From Mizuhopecten yessoensis (Eukaryota): DNA of 64,000 nucleotides. The notes beneath the pieces are model-generated. The model worked only from the letters and a program-made list of their open reading frames with translations, had not been told where the DNA came from and ran no database searches. The translations under genes were made by a program, and so were the position numbers. Below are positions 39,881 through 52,650 of the stretch, piece by piece; positions within the stretch are counted from its first letter, which is position 1; each line of letters starts with the position of its first letter. The DNA lies in NCBI RefSeq assembly GCF_002113885.1, contig NW_018407093.1:453296-517295 (forward strand). Reading direction: 5' to 3'.

Positions 39881-40451
39881 CAGTCTTTGTCTATTAGTAT
39901 ACTGTGTTTACTGGTATATAAGCCCACCCCCTCCAACCTTTCCTTATTTTCTGTGTATAAGGATGGATGCAAGATAAAAAGCTCCTCCTCAGCCCCCACC
40001 CCCAAACTTTAAAGTTTGCATTCTTAAATAAGATTAATATATTTACAATAGAAATAGTTGTGAAGTTTTACCAGTGATACCTAGATAGATACAGACTACC
40101 TAAGTGACTCTACCGCTGGCACACTTTCACATCGCTGAAGTTGCACCTGTGGGATCTATCTAAAAACAGTAATCAGGACTTGCAGCTTGATGCAGAACAC
40201 ATCTTTCTGGAATATTTTGGTACACAGTAAAAAATATAGACCGAAATATTGTGATTGGCACTTTGGAATCTTGGCAAGACAGTGCCATTTATCAAATATG
40301 TCTGAGGGGAGAAAGTTTGGAATAACAGGCCGTTGCAAGATGCAAACTGTCTCGCAATCTCCAACTGTTTTGGTTTTAAACATTTTGTCTGTTATTTGAA
40401 AAAGTCTTCCAAAAATTAAATGCTTAAATATAAATTTTACCATTTCACATC

Positions 40452-41700
40452 CAACTTACCCAACCCCTCCCGAACCTTACCCAACCCCTCCAAAACCTTA
40501 TCCAACCCCTCCATAACCTTACCCAACCCCTCCCGAACCTTACCCAACCCCTCCCGAACCTTACCCAACCATTCCCGAACCTTACCCAACCCCTCCAAAA
40601 CCTTCCCCAACCCCTCCAAAACCTTACCCAACCCCTCCCGAACCTTACCCAACCCCTCCAAAACCTTACCCAACCCCTCCAGAACCTTACCCAACCCCTC
40701 CAGAACCTTACCCAACCCCACCATAACCTTACCCAACCCCTCCAAAACCTTACCCAACCCCTCCAAAACCTTACCCAGCCCCTCCAAAACCTTCCCCAAC
40801 CCCTCCAAAACCTTACCCAACCCCTCCATAACCTTACCCAACCCCTCCAGAGCTTTACCAAACCCCTCCATAACCTTACCCATCCCCTCCAGAACTTTAC
40901 CTAACCCCTCCACAACCTTCCCCAACCCCTCCAGAACCTTCCCCAACCCCTCCGGAACCTTACCCAACCCCTCCAGAACCTTACCCAAACCCTCCAGAAC
41001 CTTCCCCAACCCCTCCATAACCTTACCCAACCCCTCCAAAACCTTACCCAACCCCTCCAAAGCCTTACCCAACCCCTCCAAAACCTTCCCCACCCCCTCC
41101 AAAACCTTACCCAACCCCTCCAAAACCTTACTCAACCCCTCCCGAACCTTACCCAACCCCTCCAAAACCTTACCCAACCCCACCATAACCTTACCCAACC
41201 CCTCCAAAACCTTCCCCAACCCCTCCAAAACCTTACCCAACCCCTCCAGAACCTTACCAAAACCCTCCAGAACCTTACCCAACCCCTCCAGAACCTTCCC
41301 CAACCCCTCCAGAACCTTACCCAACCCCACCATAACCTTCCCCCACCCCTCCAAAACCTTACCCAACCCCTCCAAAACCTTCCCCAACCCCTCCCGAACC
41401 TTACCCAACCCCTCCCGAACCTTACCCAACCCCTCCAAAACCTTACCCAACCCCTCCATAACCTTACCCAACCCCTCCAGAACCTTACCAAAACCCTCCA
41501 TAACCTTACCCAACCCCTCCAGAGCTTTACCAAACCCCTCCATAACCTTACCCAACCCCTCCAGAACTTTACCTAACCCCTCCACAACCTTACCCAACCC
41601 CTCCAGAACCTTACCCAACCCCTCCGGAACCTTACCCAACCCCTCCAGAACCTTACCCAACCCCTCCAGAACCTTACCCAACCCCTCCGGAACCTTACCC
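40452..41700. repeat. 21-bp minisatellite (accttacccaacccctccaga)n
   Basis: About 59 copies; produces 437-aa heptad ORFs on both strands. Confidence 0.95.
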
Positions 41701-41927
41701 ATGTTTACCTGTGTTAAGGTTCTCTCGATATAGACAATAGCACAAAACATTTGTCTGGTCAGTTTTCTGTTTTATTTCTACCAGCTTTGAATCACTAACA
41801 TTCATTTGACCTTCGTCCACTGATGAGTCCTAAATGGACAAAATGGACATAAAGGTGTCGTAAATATTTTCTTTGTTTGGCTATTTTTTGTCAACAAAGT
41901 AACTCTAAATAGGAGCCTGTATATCTA

Positions 41928-43718
41928 GTGGTCTGTATGAGTTGTGGACAGACAGTAGTTGGGGAGTTCTATCTGACCAGATGTAGGTACTTACTGAGGT
42001 TGTGGTCTGTATGAGTTGTGGACAGACAGTAGTTGGGGAGCTCTATCTGACCAGATGTAGGTACTTACTGAGGTAGTGGTCTGTATGAGTTGTGGACAGA
42101 CAGTAGTTGGGGAGCTCTATCTGACCAGATGTAGNNNNNNNNNNNNNNNNNNNNNNNNNNNNNNNNNNNNNNNNNNNNNNNNNNNNNNNNNNNNNNNNNN
42201 NNNNNNNNNNNNNNNNNNNNNNNNNNNNNNNNNNNNNNNNNNNNNNNNNNNNNNNNNNNNNNNNNNNNNNNNNNNNNNNNNNNNNNNNNNNNNNNNNNNN
42301 NNNNNNNNNNNNNNNNNNNNNNNNNNNNNNNNNNNNNNNNNNNNNNNNNNNNNNNNNNNNNNNNNNNNNNNNNNNNNNNNNNNNNNNNNNNNNNNNNNNN
42401 NNNNNNNNNNNNNNNNNNNNNNNNNNNNNNNNNNNNNNNNNNNNNNNNNNNNNNNNNNNNNNNNNNNNNNNNNNNNNNNNNNNNNNNNNNNNNNNNNNNN
42501 NNNNNNNNNNNNNNNNNNNNNNNNNNNNNNNNNNNNNNNNNNNNNNNNNNNNNNNNNNNNNNNNNNNNNNNNNNNNNNNNNNNNNNNNNNNNNNNNNNNN
42601 NNNNNNNNNNNNNNNNNNNNNNNNNNNNNNNNNNNNNNNNNNNNNNNNNNNNNNNNNNNNNNNNNNNNNNNNNNNNNNNNNNNNNNNNNNNNNNNNNNNN
42701 NNNNNNNNNNNNNNNNNNNNNNNNNNNNNNNNNNNNNNNNNNNNNNNNNNNNNNNNNNNNNNNNNNNNNNNNNNNNNNNNNNNNNNNNNNNNNNNNNNNN
42801 NNNNNNNNNNNNNNNNNNNNNNNNNNNNNNNNNNNNNNNNNNNNNNNNNNNNNNNNNNNNNNNNNNNNNNNNNNNNNNNNNNNNNNNNNNNNNNNNCCTA
42901 TACTGAGGTAGTGGTCTGTATGAGTTGTGGACAGACAGTAGTAGGGGAGCTCTATCTGACCAGATGTAGATACTTACTGGGGTAGTGGTCTGTATGAGTT
43001 GTGGACAGACAGTAGTTGGGGAGCTCTATCTGACCAGATGTAGGTACTTACTGAGGTAGTGATCTGTATGAGTTGTGGACAGACAGTAGTTGGGGAGCTC
43101 TATCTGACCAGATGTAGGTACTTACTGAGGTAGTGGTCTGTATGAGTTGTGGACAGACAGTAGTTGGGGAGCTCTATCTGACCAGATGTAGGTACTTACT
43201 GAGGTAGTGGTCTGTATGAGTTGTGGACAGACAGTAGTTGGGGAGCTCTATCTGACCAGATGTAGGTACTTACTGAGGTAGTGGTCTGTATGAGTTGTGG
43301 ACAGACAGTAGTTGGGGAGCTCTATCTGACCAGATGTAGGTACTTACTGAGGTAGTGGTCTGTATGAGTTGTGGACAGACAGTAGTTGGGGAGCTCTATC
43401 TGACCAGATGTAGGTACTTACTGAGGTAGTGGTCTGTATGAGTTGTGGACAGACAGTAGTTGGGGAGCTCTATCTGACCAGATGTAGGTACTTACTGAGG
43501 TAGTGGTCTGTATGAGTTGTGGACAGACAGTAGTTGGGGAGCTCTATCTGACCAGATGTAGGTACTTACTGAGGTAGTGGTCTGTATGAGTTGTGGACAG
43601 ACAGTAGTTGGGGAGCTCTATCTGACCAGATGTAGGTACTTACTGAGGTAGTGGTCTGTATGAGTTGTGGACAGACAGTAGTTGGGGAGCTCTATCTGAC
43701 CAGATGTAGGTACTTACA
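41928..43718. repeat. 74-bp tandem repeat spanning an assembly gap
   Basis: gtggtctgtatgagttgtggacagacagtagttggggagctctatctgaccagatgtaggtacttactgaggta; near-identical copies on both sides of the N-run. Confidence 0.95.
42135..42896. other. Assembly gap (N run)
   Basis: Ns in sequence. Confidence 1.
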
Positions 43719-43982
43719 GGGATAATGGTCTGAGTGGTGTGGGAGATGAGACATAGGAGAGTGGTCCAGTCTACTCTGTACAGACTTAATTGACAACGTA
43801 GATAGATAGGTAGATCATTGGTTGTGTATTGATACAAAGAGAAGGGAAAACCTGTCATGGTGATGATATAGAGTGTACATAATAGACAGGGTCCTGGAGT
43901 TTGTTTTTAGATAGACATTTTCTAAATCACCTTTTATGGTTGATAGCTAGGTGACATCCCCGGGAATGTTTATATGTACAAG

Positions 43983-44136
43983 TACTGTATACGGGGAAAC
44001 ATTAGCCCTTCGACAGTAATTAAAATCCATTTTCACCCAATATTTAAATTCACCCTTCACATTTAATTACTATGTATGTTATGTTGTTTAATGATGCGAA
44101 AATCAAACTGCAACGAAAATCTCCTGGTATACTGTA
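43983..44136. mobile_element. Degenerate TA-flanked MITE
   Basis: tactgtatacggggaaa ... tctcctggtatactgta form imperfect inverted ends. Confidence 0.35.
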
Positions 44137-45469
44137 TACTGTGTATCCCTGGTGTGGAGTCTGATTCTACATCAGGTGAGTGTTGCCATGTCTGTTGTTG
44201 GTATGATGGCAGTAAAACAAACGCTTGATACTAAAACCTTGTACGTTAAGTGAGGGTATTATTATAAATCTGAATCATCCTGTTATCTAATACTGGAGGT
44301 CTGTCAATAATCCTTTTAACAGTTGTCTCCCTTTGAATACTGATTAAGATCACCAGTATGTAATTGTTCAGAACATTTTACAGCATACAGATAAAATCAG
44401 ATTTACAGTATTTACATACTTGCTAACTCTCCCTATTTTGGTTTGGAGGGAGACTGGGTTTTGGACCCTTTAATCGAGCAATTTCAACCTATGAATTTGC
44501 TAAATTATTCCTCTTTCTAAGATCTGATGATGAAAAATATTTTCTCTAGGATGTACATTGCAAACACACATTTTATTTATGCTTTCAATTCCGAGCATGC
44601 ATAATCTTCCCCATGTGGTATTATAATCCACCAGCGACCATTGTCTCATTACCAACAGATATAACTTATGTATTACTGTTGTACTTCTAAACCTATAACA
44701 AGTGTACTGACTGATAAGTTATATTGTTTCTTGCGGAATCAGAGAGGGCAGATATTGACAGACTTTTAAAAACATTATAAAACTGATGAAAGGATTCATT
44801 TTGATAAAAGGAAAATAATTCTCTAAGTTGTTGAGATTGAGGGATATGTTATAAAGTTTTGTACATTTGAAATGCCCCTTACAGCATTTCAAAGGTCCTT
44901 TTTGTCCGCCGTGTTAAAAGCATTGTTGATTCCTTATGTCCCGTATAGGACGAAGAGGATTCAGTAAGTAAGTTAAAAGCATTGTTGATTCCTTATGTCC
45001 AATATTGGGATGAAGAGGATTCAGTAAGTGCTACCCTTACTTGTATTAGACTTGAAGGTAAGGTTAGACGTGTGCCTAGCTCAGAGGCTTACAATGGAAC
45101 TGCCTTGTTACATAGACGATACTCTCAATATATACCTTTACATGACAATTAATTAACTAAACTATAACCAGATGAAAATAGGCGTGAGATAAAGTTGTGC
45201 CTCCCTTAGTCCGTAGAGGTCATCAATTAATCTTATCTGACATATGTAAACGGCCACCAAGCCAGGTGACCGACAGATGTACAATTTATATCTCCCTGCA
45301 CTGGGTAACAAGACAGACTCAAATTGAAAGATAACTGAAACAGCAATTAATTTACCACTTGACTTTCAGGTCATTATTTCACTCTTATACAGTAAGGAAG
45401 GAAGTTAAATGCATTCTTGCCAATATTTATTATTTAAAGATCATTGGTGTGAATTTCATATTAGGCTGT

Positions 45470-45657
45470 ATTCTGTCTTTTCGTATAGCAGAGTTATCTG
45501 CTCTTGTGAGCAGGTATTGATTGCTACGTCATTAGTCTGTGTGAGAAAATTACGTCGTTTTCTCAAAAAATTATGACGATACTCTCACAAACTAATGACG
45601 TAACAATCAAAACCTGCTTACAAGAGCAGAAAACTCTGCAATACGAAAAGATGGAAT
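45470..45657. mobile_element. 188-bp foldback MITE (near full-length palindrome)
   Basis: attctgtcttttcgtatagcagagttatctgctcttgtgagcaggtattgattgctacgtcattagt... pairs with ...actaatgacgtaacaatcaaaacctgcttacaagagcagaaaactctgcaatacgaaaagatggaat. Confidence 0.8.
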
Positions 45658-48600
45658 TAATATCAAGATGTGAGCTCGTTGATTACTTATATATTTAAAA
45701 ATCCAATAACTAGAGGAGTAGAATAGGATAGGCCTATTGTCAAATCCAAGGGTTCACATATTTACCTTGCCTGGAAGTATGCACTCCGTACAAATATTGA
45801 TATCCTCAGTTTAAGCTTAACAGTTTCTGCTTTAGTCCATTGACCTGAATAAAGTGACGTGTGGTGATGTGATAGTGGCTTGTTTACATCATTATCAAAG
45901 ATAAGCTGAATGTAGTATTTTAACATTCAACCTAGAATATTTCTTCAGTTATGGTATTTCTGGGAAGTTCAGAACGTCTTTGATACAGAAAAGAAAAGTA
46001 AAACTTCATATCTTTAAAAAAGTGAAAAAAATGTCTAATAACTGTTGAAACTGTTCTTATTTTTTGTGAAATCCTGTGTATATATATATATGGAATAATG
46101 TAAAACCCTGTATATAGCACCAGAGTTAAAAAAAATGTTTAAATATAGGACCAGAGTTCTAAAACTATCTTTATATAGTGCCAGGTTCGGCTGGACAAGC
46201 AATGTAGATCATACCATAAGTTTATCAACAAGCTTTTTAAGATATGTTATCCATTAATTTTAATGAAAACATCCATTTTACGGTGTAAAGATTTTTGTAA
46301 TAAAACAGTTGTCTCCCTTTAGACAAAAAAATGATTCTGTTCAAGATGCCATAATACCTTTCCTGAAACAGACTATAGACGCTATGTAAGTTCCCATTGA
46401 ACACACAGTGTGGCCAAGATTGTACCGATACTCCGGTGAAACAAGGTGAAACAAGGTGACGACGGGACCATCTTCATGTTCAGGTGTTAAAATCCAAATG
46501 TAAATTTTTAATGGCCTCTGTCACTTGCTTTTAGTACACTCATGATCAAATGAAAGTAAATGGCAATGACACAAATATATATTGAGACATCATACAGTTT
46601 AAGGATTTGATTTACTTAAATTGATTCAAATTCAGATTTAACTGAAACAGCTACCAATGGCTTGGCCTGCCATATGAATGAATTACCTGTTAGAGTGTAA
46701 TGCGAGTCAGACAAAGTCACCTGAGCAATTGAATTCTTTTTCTGTCCGAGAAATAAACTTTACCTTTAAAAAATTTGTTACAGGTAAACAACTAGCTCAC
46801 TTTATAAAAAGTTTCCCGTAACTTGAGAAGTTAGGGTTTCCCCATGGGTGGGCCTCTTTTCGACAGATCAAAACATCCCTAGTGGAATGAATGACTTAGC
46901 TGTACACATTTACCTGTACAGGTAAAACGATCTACAGGCATGGCTCCCTTGGAGTAGAATTAGGGGACAGTCCCCTCTGTATGTACAGGTGTAAATTGTA
47001 ACGGATTACTGCAGTATTATACCTACATAGAAGTATGGATAATTCTACCCTAAATACAGGTAAGTGTTTTATATATGTAACAGCTAATGTCTAATTACTA
47101 CAGACAGGTGTACAAATCTGAGCAAATGTCTCCGGCACACATAGATATGAGCTTTAATGTAACAATACATGGCGGGGAGGGGGTACAGGCGGTGACACGG
47201 TGTCCGGCACGTCTCCCGGGTACTTCTCCCCGTAACACAGGTGTGTTATATAAAGGTTGTTGTACCTGGGGCTTAGTACATATCTGTATAGGTATGTCAT
47301 AAAACGGTTGTCTCTACCTCCCCATGGTCTCGTCTCGTTGCTTATAAACCACATGTATACATACTGAAGTCCTGGAGATCATGCAGTATAGTTCGCAATG
47401 CTTATCTTATAGACTAAACCCTGTAAAAAAATATTCAGTATAAATTCCATTATGTGACTCAGGTCACAAGGACATTTGGGGTCTCCAAACTTTTGCCTGA
47501 TAGAATAATATTTAAATATGGACCGGAGTCCACATCATCTTTACTATATGCAAATGACCTGACAACCTTTATGAGAAGGTAAGTGTATGATGGTATGTAT
47601 TATGACAGGTAAGAGTCGTTAGATTGCTTGTATGCGTTATACATCTATACATGTACGTATGTACGTATGCACACCTGTATACATAGTTCTACATTGATCT
47701 AGGCTGCCCCTAATGACTGTAGCAATGTCACAGCGCGACATTGTGGTGTAATATTACAAATAAATCAATTATTCAAATTAAAAATAATGGTTGCATGTTT
47801 ATAATAAACAATGATTTGTTTGTAGATGGCATACTATGGATTTTTATACTAATTAACCAGTTCAATAAGTTAATTGATCTATTGAGGGATGTATAAAGTA
47901 TCATATTGATTTTTATACTAATTAACCAGTTCAATACATTAATTGATCTATTTAGGGATGTATATAAAGCATCATATTGGTTTACACTCAATTATCTAAT
48001 GCTTATAGAATATTGATAAAGTTATAATTACAGATTCCAAAGAAAGCATTGTCTTTTCATACCCTGGCTGAATTTTTAACATCTTACTGACTGAAATAGT
48101 ATAATGAACAGTCATGTAGCCAAATCTGGGTACGGTTTTATGTACATGTGGAAACGGCATGTTTTGAAATAACAGTTTAACATGAAGTGGAAAATATGTT
48201 GACTTGTACATTTAAATGAAAGCTTTTTCCAGTTACATAAGGCCCCATTGTAATATATCGGACACAGGGATTGTAGTGGGTCTAGTGTGGAATGTTTTCA
48301 CAACTTTAAGACCTACTGTTAAGTTAGGTGTGAGCAGAAAACATATATTTACCTTGGGCTATTGGGTCCTAGTACCAGGGAGGTGTTAGGTGCCTCGTTT
48401 GTTCACTCCTTCAAGATCGGTCTTTACAAAACAGATATAAACATCAGAAAACTGACAATAGGGGTATCCGTGTACTAAATTGTTATTGCTGAGGGTTATA
48501 TAGTGTAAAGTGGTGTCTATTTAGTGTAAAACCCGAGCTCTCTACAGTTCTTTGTATTTGTACTAAATTACAATACCATTATGTCAGGTTTTTAGGTTAG

Positions 48601-49011
48601 TCTTATTTCCGAAACTAGTGTTTGTGATAAAAAAAAAAAAATGTTTCTAGGATTTCAATTATTTGCTCAAACATTTGTGACTATAAGTTTTTAAAACATA
48701 TGACATCACAAATCCTCAGTTCTTTATTTATAAACAAACAAATGATTGAATTGATAGATAGATTTATGGTGCTAAACGTCCCCGTTCCAGTGATAACTGA
48801 CCCAACATTACAGAACATCTTACTGTATTTTGTCATACCATTTATTTATATTCCGCGGTCATTCTAGGGAAACATTCCTATAGCTGATACTTCGTGATCG
48901 TGGACAATTGTACGGTATGAGGTGATCTCTCGTCAGATGTATATAAACACATGCGATCCTTCAACCCAGGTACAGGGATCGAGTCATTCTCTTCACAGGG
49001 TGTCCTGAGGT

Positions 49012-49238
49012 CTGTGGTCTCGCTAGACAAGTGGTCACACTAGACAGGTGGTCTCTATAGACACTTGGTCTCACTAGACATGTGGTCTCACTATAGACAG
49101 GTGGTCACACTAGACAGGTGGTCACACTAGACATGTGGTCTCACTAGACAGGTGGTCTCCCTAGACAGGTGGTCACACTAGATAGGTGGTATCACTAGAC
49201 AGGGGGTCAAACTAGACAGGTGGTCACATTACACAGGT
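49012..49238. repeat. 17-bp minisatellite (ggtggtcacactagaca)n, likely MITE-subterminal origin
   Basis: About 13 imperfect copies ending ttacacaggtt. Confidence 0.85.
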
Positions 49239-49518
49239 TCTCTTATCCTTGAGATAGGTTCTGCTATATGGCAAGGCTTGGACAATATCAAGCAGCAATT
49301 TCAGTTTGTTTGAGGTTGACCTGAGCTAACACACTGGTCGCCAGACAATATTTACTGTCTCTGTGAAAGTTTGTGATGTATAAGTATTAAGTTTACGTCT
49401 GACGTTGATGGCCTCTCGATCTGACTGAGGGCCTACAACATTCAATGTAAACGGCTCAGTTCCGCTGTAAAACCTTCATTTAAATAGTAGGTGAGCAACG
49501 AACTACACTGTACACCTG

Positions 49519-49673
49519 CAGTGGCGGATCCAATACCTATCTGGGGGGGTTTCCAAATTTCCTGGGGGGGTTTCCATGTGGGGAAAAATTAAGGAAAATG
49601 GTGAAAATACATGAAAATTCTCAGGGTGGGGGGGTTTCCTGAAGCCCAAAAACCCCCTCTGGATCCGCCGCTG
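49519..49673. mobile_element. hAT-like MITE with 5-bp TSD
   Basis: TIRs CAGTGGCGGATCCA / TGGATCCGCCGCTG; flanked by ACCTG at 49514-49518 and 49674-49678. Confidence 0.8.
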
Positions 49674-49851
49674 ACCTGTCCACATTTGATGTGAGAGTCC
49701 GTTTTAATTTCTGTATATTTACAGTCACTGTGCAGCACTGAGGTTTATCAAGCTGAATTGGCTTTGATAGCTACAGTATGGGTTAAAATATTTGAAAACG
49801 AAAACTTTAAAAACTTTCCTACTCCTATTTTACCTTCCATAATGTTTTACA

Positions 49852-49942
49852 TTAACTCATTCACCCCTGAAATTTCATAATTAACTATTCCAACCTTTGA
49901 TTTGGAAGAGTTCAAATGTGTGTTCAGGGGTGAATGAGTTAA
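49852..49942. mobile_element. 91-bp TTAA-bounded piggyBac-like mini-MITE (copy 4)
   Basis: Perfect 20-bp inverted ends including TTAA: ttaactcattcacccctgaa / ttcaggggtgaatgagttaa. Confidence 0.75.
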
Positions 49943-50876
49943 TGATCAGGTATAAAACATGAATGCAACTGATACAACCATGTCTGTTTCAGCAATGTTG
50001 ACTTATCAGTGTTTGGAAAAGATTCATATTGTTATTATTACTCTTTGTTTTAACTGAGAAGTAAAACTTGTTCCAGCTGGTGAAAATTACAGGTATCTTT
50101 CATTTTGGATTTTGAGGATTTTTCAGGGAACTTCTGTCATATATGACTATTTTTGTAACATCATTACACAATTTGTTTATTTTTGGCCTCAAGTTTGTAC
50201 ATAAATATTTACAGATGGTAGCTTATGTGCATGTAAGGACAGGTGAGAACAGGTAAACTTGTATTTCCCTGGGGCAATACTGCTGTATGTTATAAGGTGT
50301 AGGTTTTGTGGCGGTTACCTGCAGTATACCTGTATATATATGGTACATCCAGGTATAAGTGTGCATCATTCAATATTTACAGATAGATACCATGTGTGGA
50401 CCATTTATACTAAACATACACATTGTTGGCAAAACCTGACTAAAATGGCATGTAGGGAGACCTTTATAGGTCAGAAGGGGTCACAAGGGGGTCAGAAGGG
50501 AGTCACAAGGGGTCAATAGTAAATGAGGTCAGCCATCTGTAGTACAGCTCAATCAAACTCTGTATGGTCATCTCTTTTAACTTCCTCAAACTTCCTCGGA
50601 CTATTTTACCTTGAAAACTGTGACACACAAAACTTATCTACTGTTATACAACCATGTGACAGTAAAACCTTTTTTAGATGTTAATAACTATAAAATGATT
50701 AAGTTTAATGCATGTGAATGTTCTTTGAGACGTCGACACAGAAATTCCTCCCAGATTACATGAGGCAACTAATGTGGGGTGCTACAGAATCAAAACTATT
50801 CTTCAATGTGTTTTGTTTTGGAGACGTTGGAGAAACCAAATTTGATCTGCTGCCCCTAACACAGCTACAAAGACAT

Positions 50877-51262
50877 CTATCATGTCTTTTCTACAATTAC
50901 TCGTGCATGCCTCCCTCGCCACGACTATCATGTCTTTTCTACAATTACTCGTGCATGCCTCCCTCGCCACGACTATCATGTCTTTTCTACAATTACTCGT
51001 GCATGCCTCCCTCGCCACGACTATCATGTCTTTTCTACAATTACTCGTGCATGCCTCCCTCGCCACGACTATCATGTCTTTTCTACAATTACTCGTGCAT
51101 GCCTCCCTCGCCACGACTATCATGTCTTTTCTACAATTACTCGTGCATGCCTCCCTCGCCACGACTATCATGTCTTTTCTACAATTACTCGTGCATGCCT
51201 CCCTCGCCACGACTATCATGTCTTTTCTACAATTACTCGTGCATGCCTCCCTCGCCACGACT
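50877..51262. repeat. 48-bp perfect tandem repeat x8
   Basis: ctatcatgtcttttctacaattactcgtgcatgcctccctcgccacga; explains three 16-aa-periodic ORFs. Confidence 0.97.
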
Positions 51263-52005
51263 GGATTGGCCTGTTGTCGAACAATTTAACCAGCTCAGGT
51301 GGAGCAATGGGCTTCCGTACCTAAGTTTTAGTAAGATGACACATTTAAGTAACTCTCAAGCAACATACCTCACTATTTATAGACACTGTCTTCTCATAAG
51401 ATCAGCTGTTTTGAGCACTCAAACCTCGGACCAGACAACTGTAAATTTGAATGTAAAAGTGCTCTTTAACTAATTACAGTATTTTATCAGAAGTAATTAC
51501 TGGTATATGTATGTGATGCTGTTAAATTTAATGTTTATTCTAGAATGGAGTAATATTAATTTTAACAGTTATTAAAAGATTAAAGCATTCATTTTGTACT
51601 AGTTTGTTTAGAATTAACATAATTTTCATTTAATTTCATGTATGTATGAAGTATATCTGATGTGTATATTTTGATAAAATTGATTTATATGTTAATATTT
51701 TGTGGGACTATATTGAAACACTGCAAAATTTGTTACAAGGCAAAGCCAGATAATCAGGACATATACAGATTGACAGGTATGAAATTTCCTGTGATTTTCA
51801 TTGCAAGATACACCAAATTCGTCCCTCTGAGTGGGGTTGACAGTTGGGAGTTTCTTGTCAGTACAGATTCATCCCTCTGAGCTGAGTTGACAGGTGGGAG
51901 TATTTTAAATTTAAATTGCTACCAACAAATTGTGATTTTCATTGCAAGATTCATTGCTCTGAGCTAGGTTACTATCACTGGTCAAGTACAATGATATTTG
52001 TATAA

Positions 52006-52042
52006 ATTATTAGGAGACGCAGGTACCCTATAGTAATCACAG

Positions 52043-52078
<36 letters not shown>

Positions 52079-52650
52079 CATCCACACTTTCGTTACCGCA
52101 GATTAGCAGATTATCTTGGGAACCGAAAGACTAATCTTTCTGAAATTGGACATGGTGATATGTTGATGTGCAAGAGAGATTTCAAAAGTTAGGTCAAGGT
52201 CAAGGTCGATGATACTGTTACTAAACATTGACTGCGAGTAGGGGGCCAATCAGGCTGATGGGGGGGNNNNNNNNNNNNNNNNNNNNNNNNNNNNNNNNNN
52301 NNNNNNNNNNNNNNNNNNNNNNNNNNNNNNNNNNNNNNNNNNNNNNNNNNNNNNNNNNNNNNNNNNNNNNNNNNNNNNNNNNNNNNNNNNNNNNNNNNNN
52401 NNNNNNNNNNNNNNNNNNNNNNNNNNNNNNNNNNNNNNNNNNNNNNNNNNNNNNNNNNNNNNNNNNNNNNNNNNNNNNNNNNNNNNNNNNNNNNNNNNNN
52501 NNNNNNNNNNNNNNNNNNNNNNNNNNNNNNNNNNNNNNNNNNNNNNNNNNNNNNNNNNNNNNNNNNNNNNNNNNNNNNNNNNNNNNNNNNNNNNNNNNNN
52601 NNNNNNNNNNNNNNNNNNNNNNCCTTGCTGACCTGTCGGTGTTTTAGTAT
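52006..52650 (+). mobile_element. pearl/HINE-like element with (CTGT)n microsatellite, interrupted by a gap
   Basis: attattagg...cctatagtaatc, (ctgt)8, cactttcgtt.ccg...gaaattggacat...ggtcaaggtcaaggtc motifs typical of this class; ends ...tttagt. Confidence 0.55.
52267..52623. other. Assembly gap (N run)
   Basis: Ns in sequence. Confidence 1.

Noticed and set aside
40420-41750. 437-aa heptad ORFs (TLPNPSR / GLGKVLE) resembling the Pol II CTD or an amphipathic repeat protein
   Set aside because: Open on both strands because of a 21-bp unit; variation is not concentrated at synonymous sites; no flanking coding sequence.
50718-51473. 251-aa Cys-containing repeat ORF
   Set aside because: Driven by a 48-bp perfect repeat open in several frames; the flanks have no recognisable protein features.
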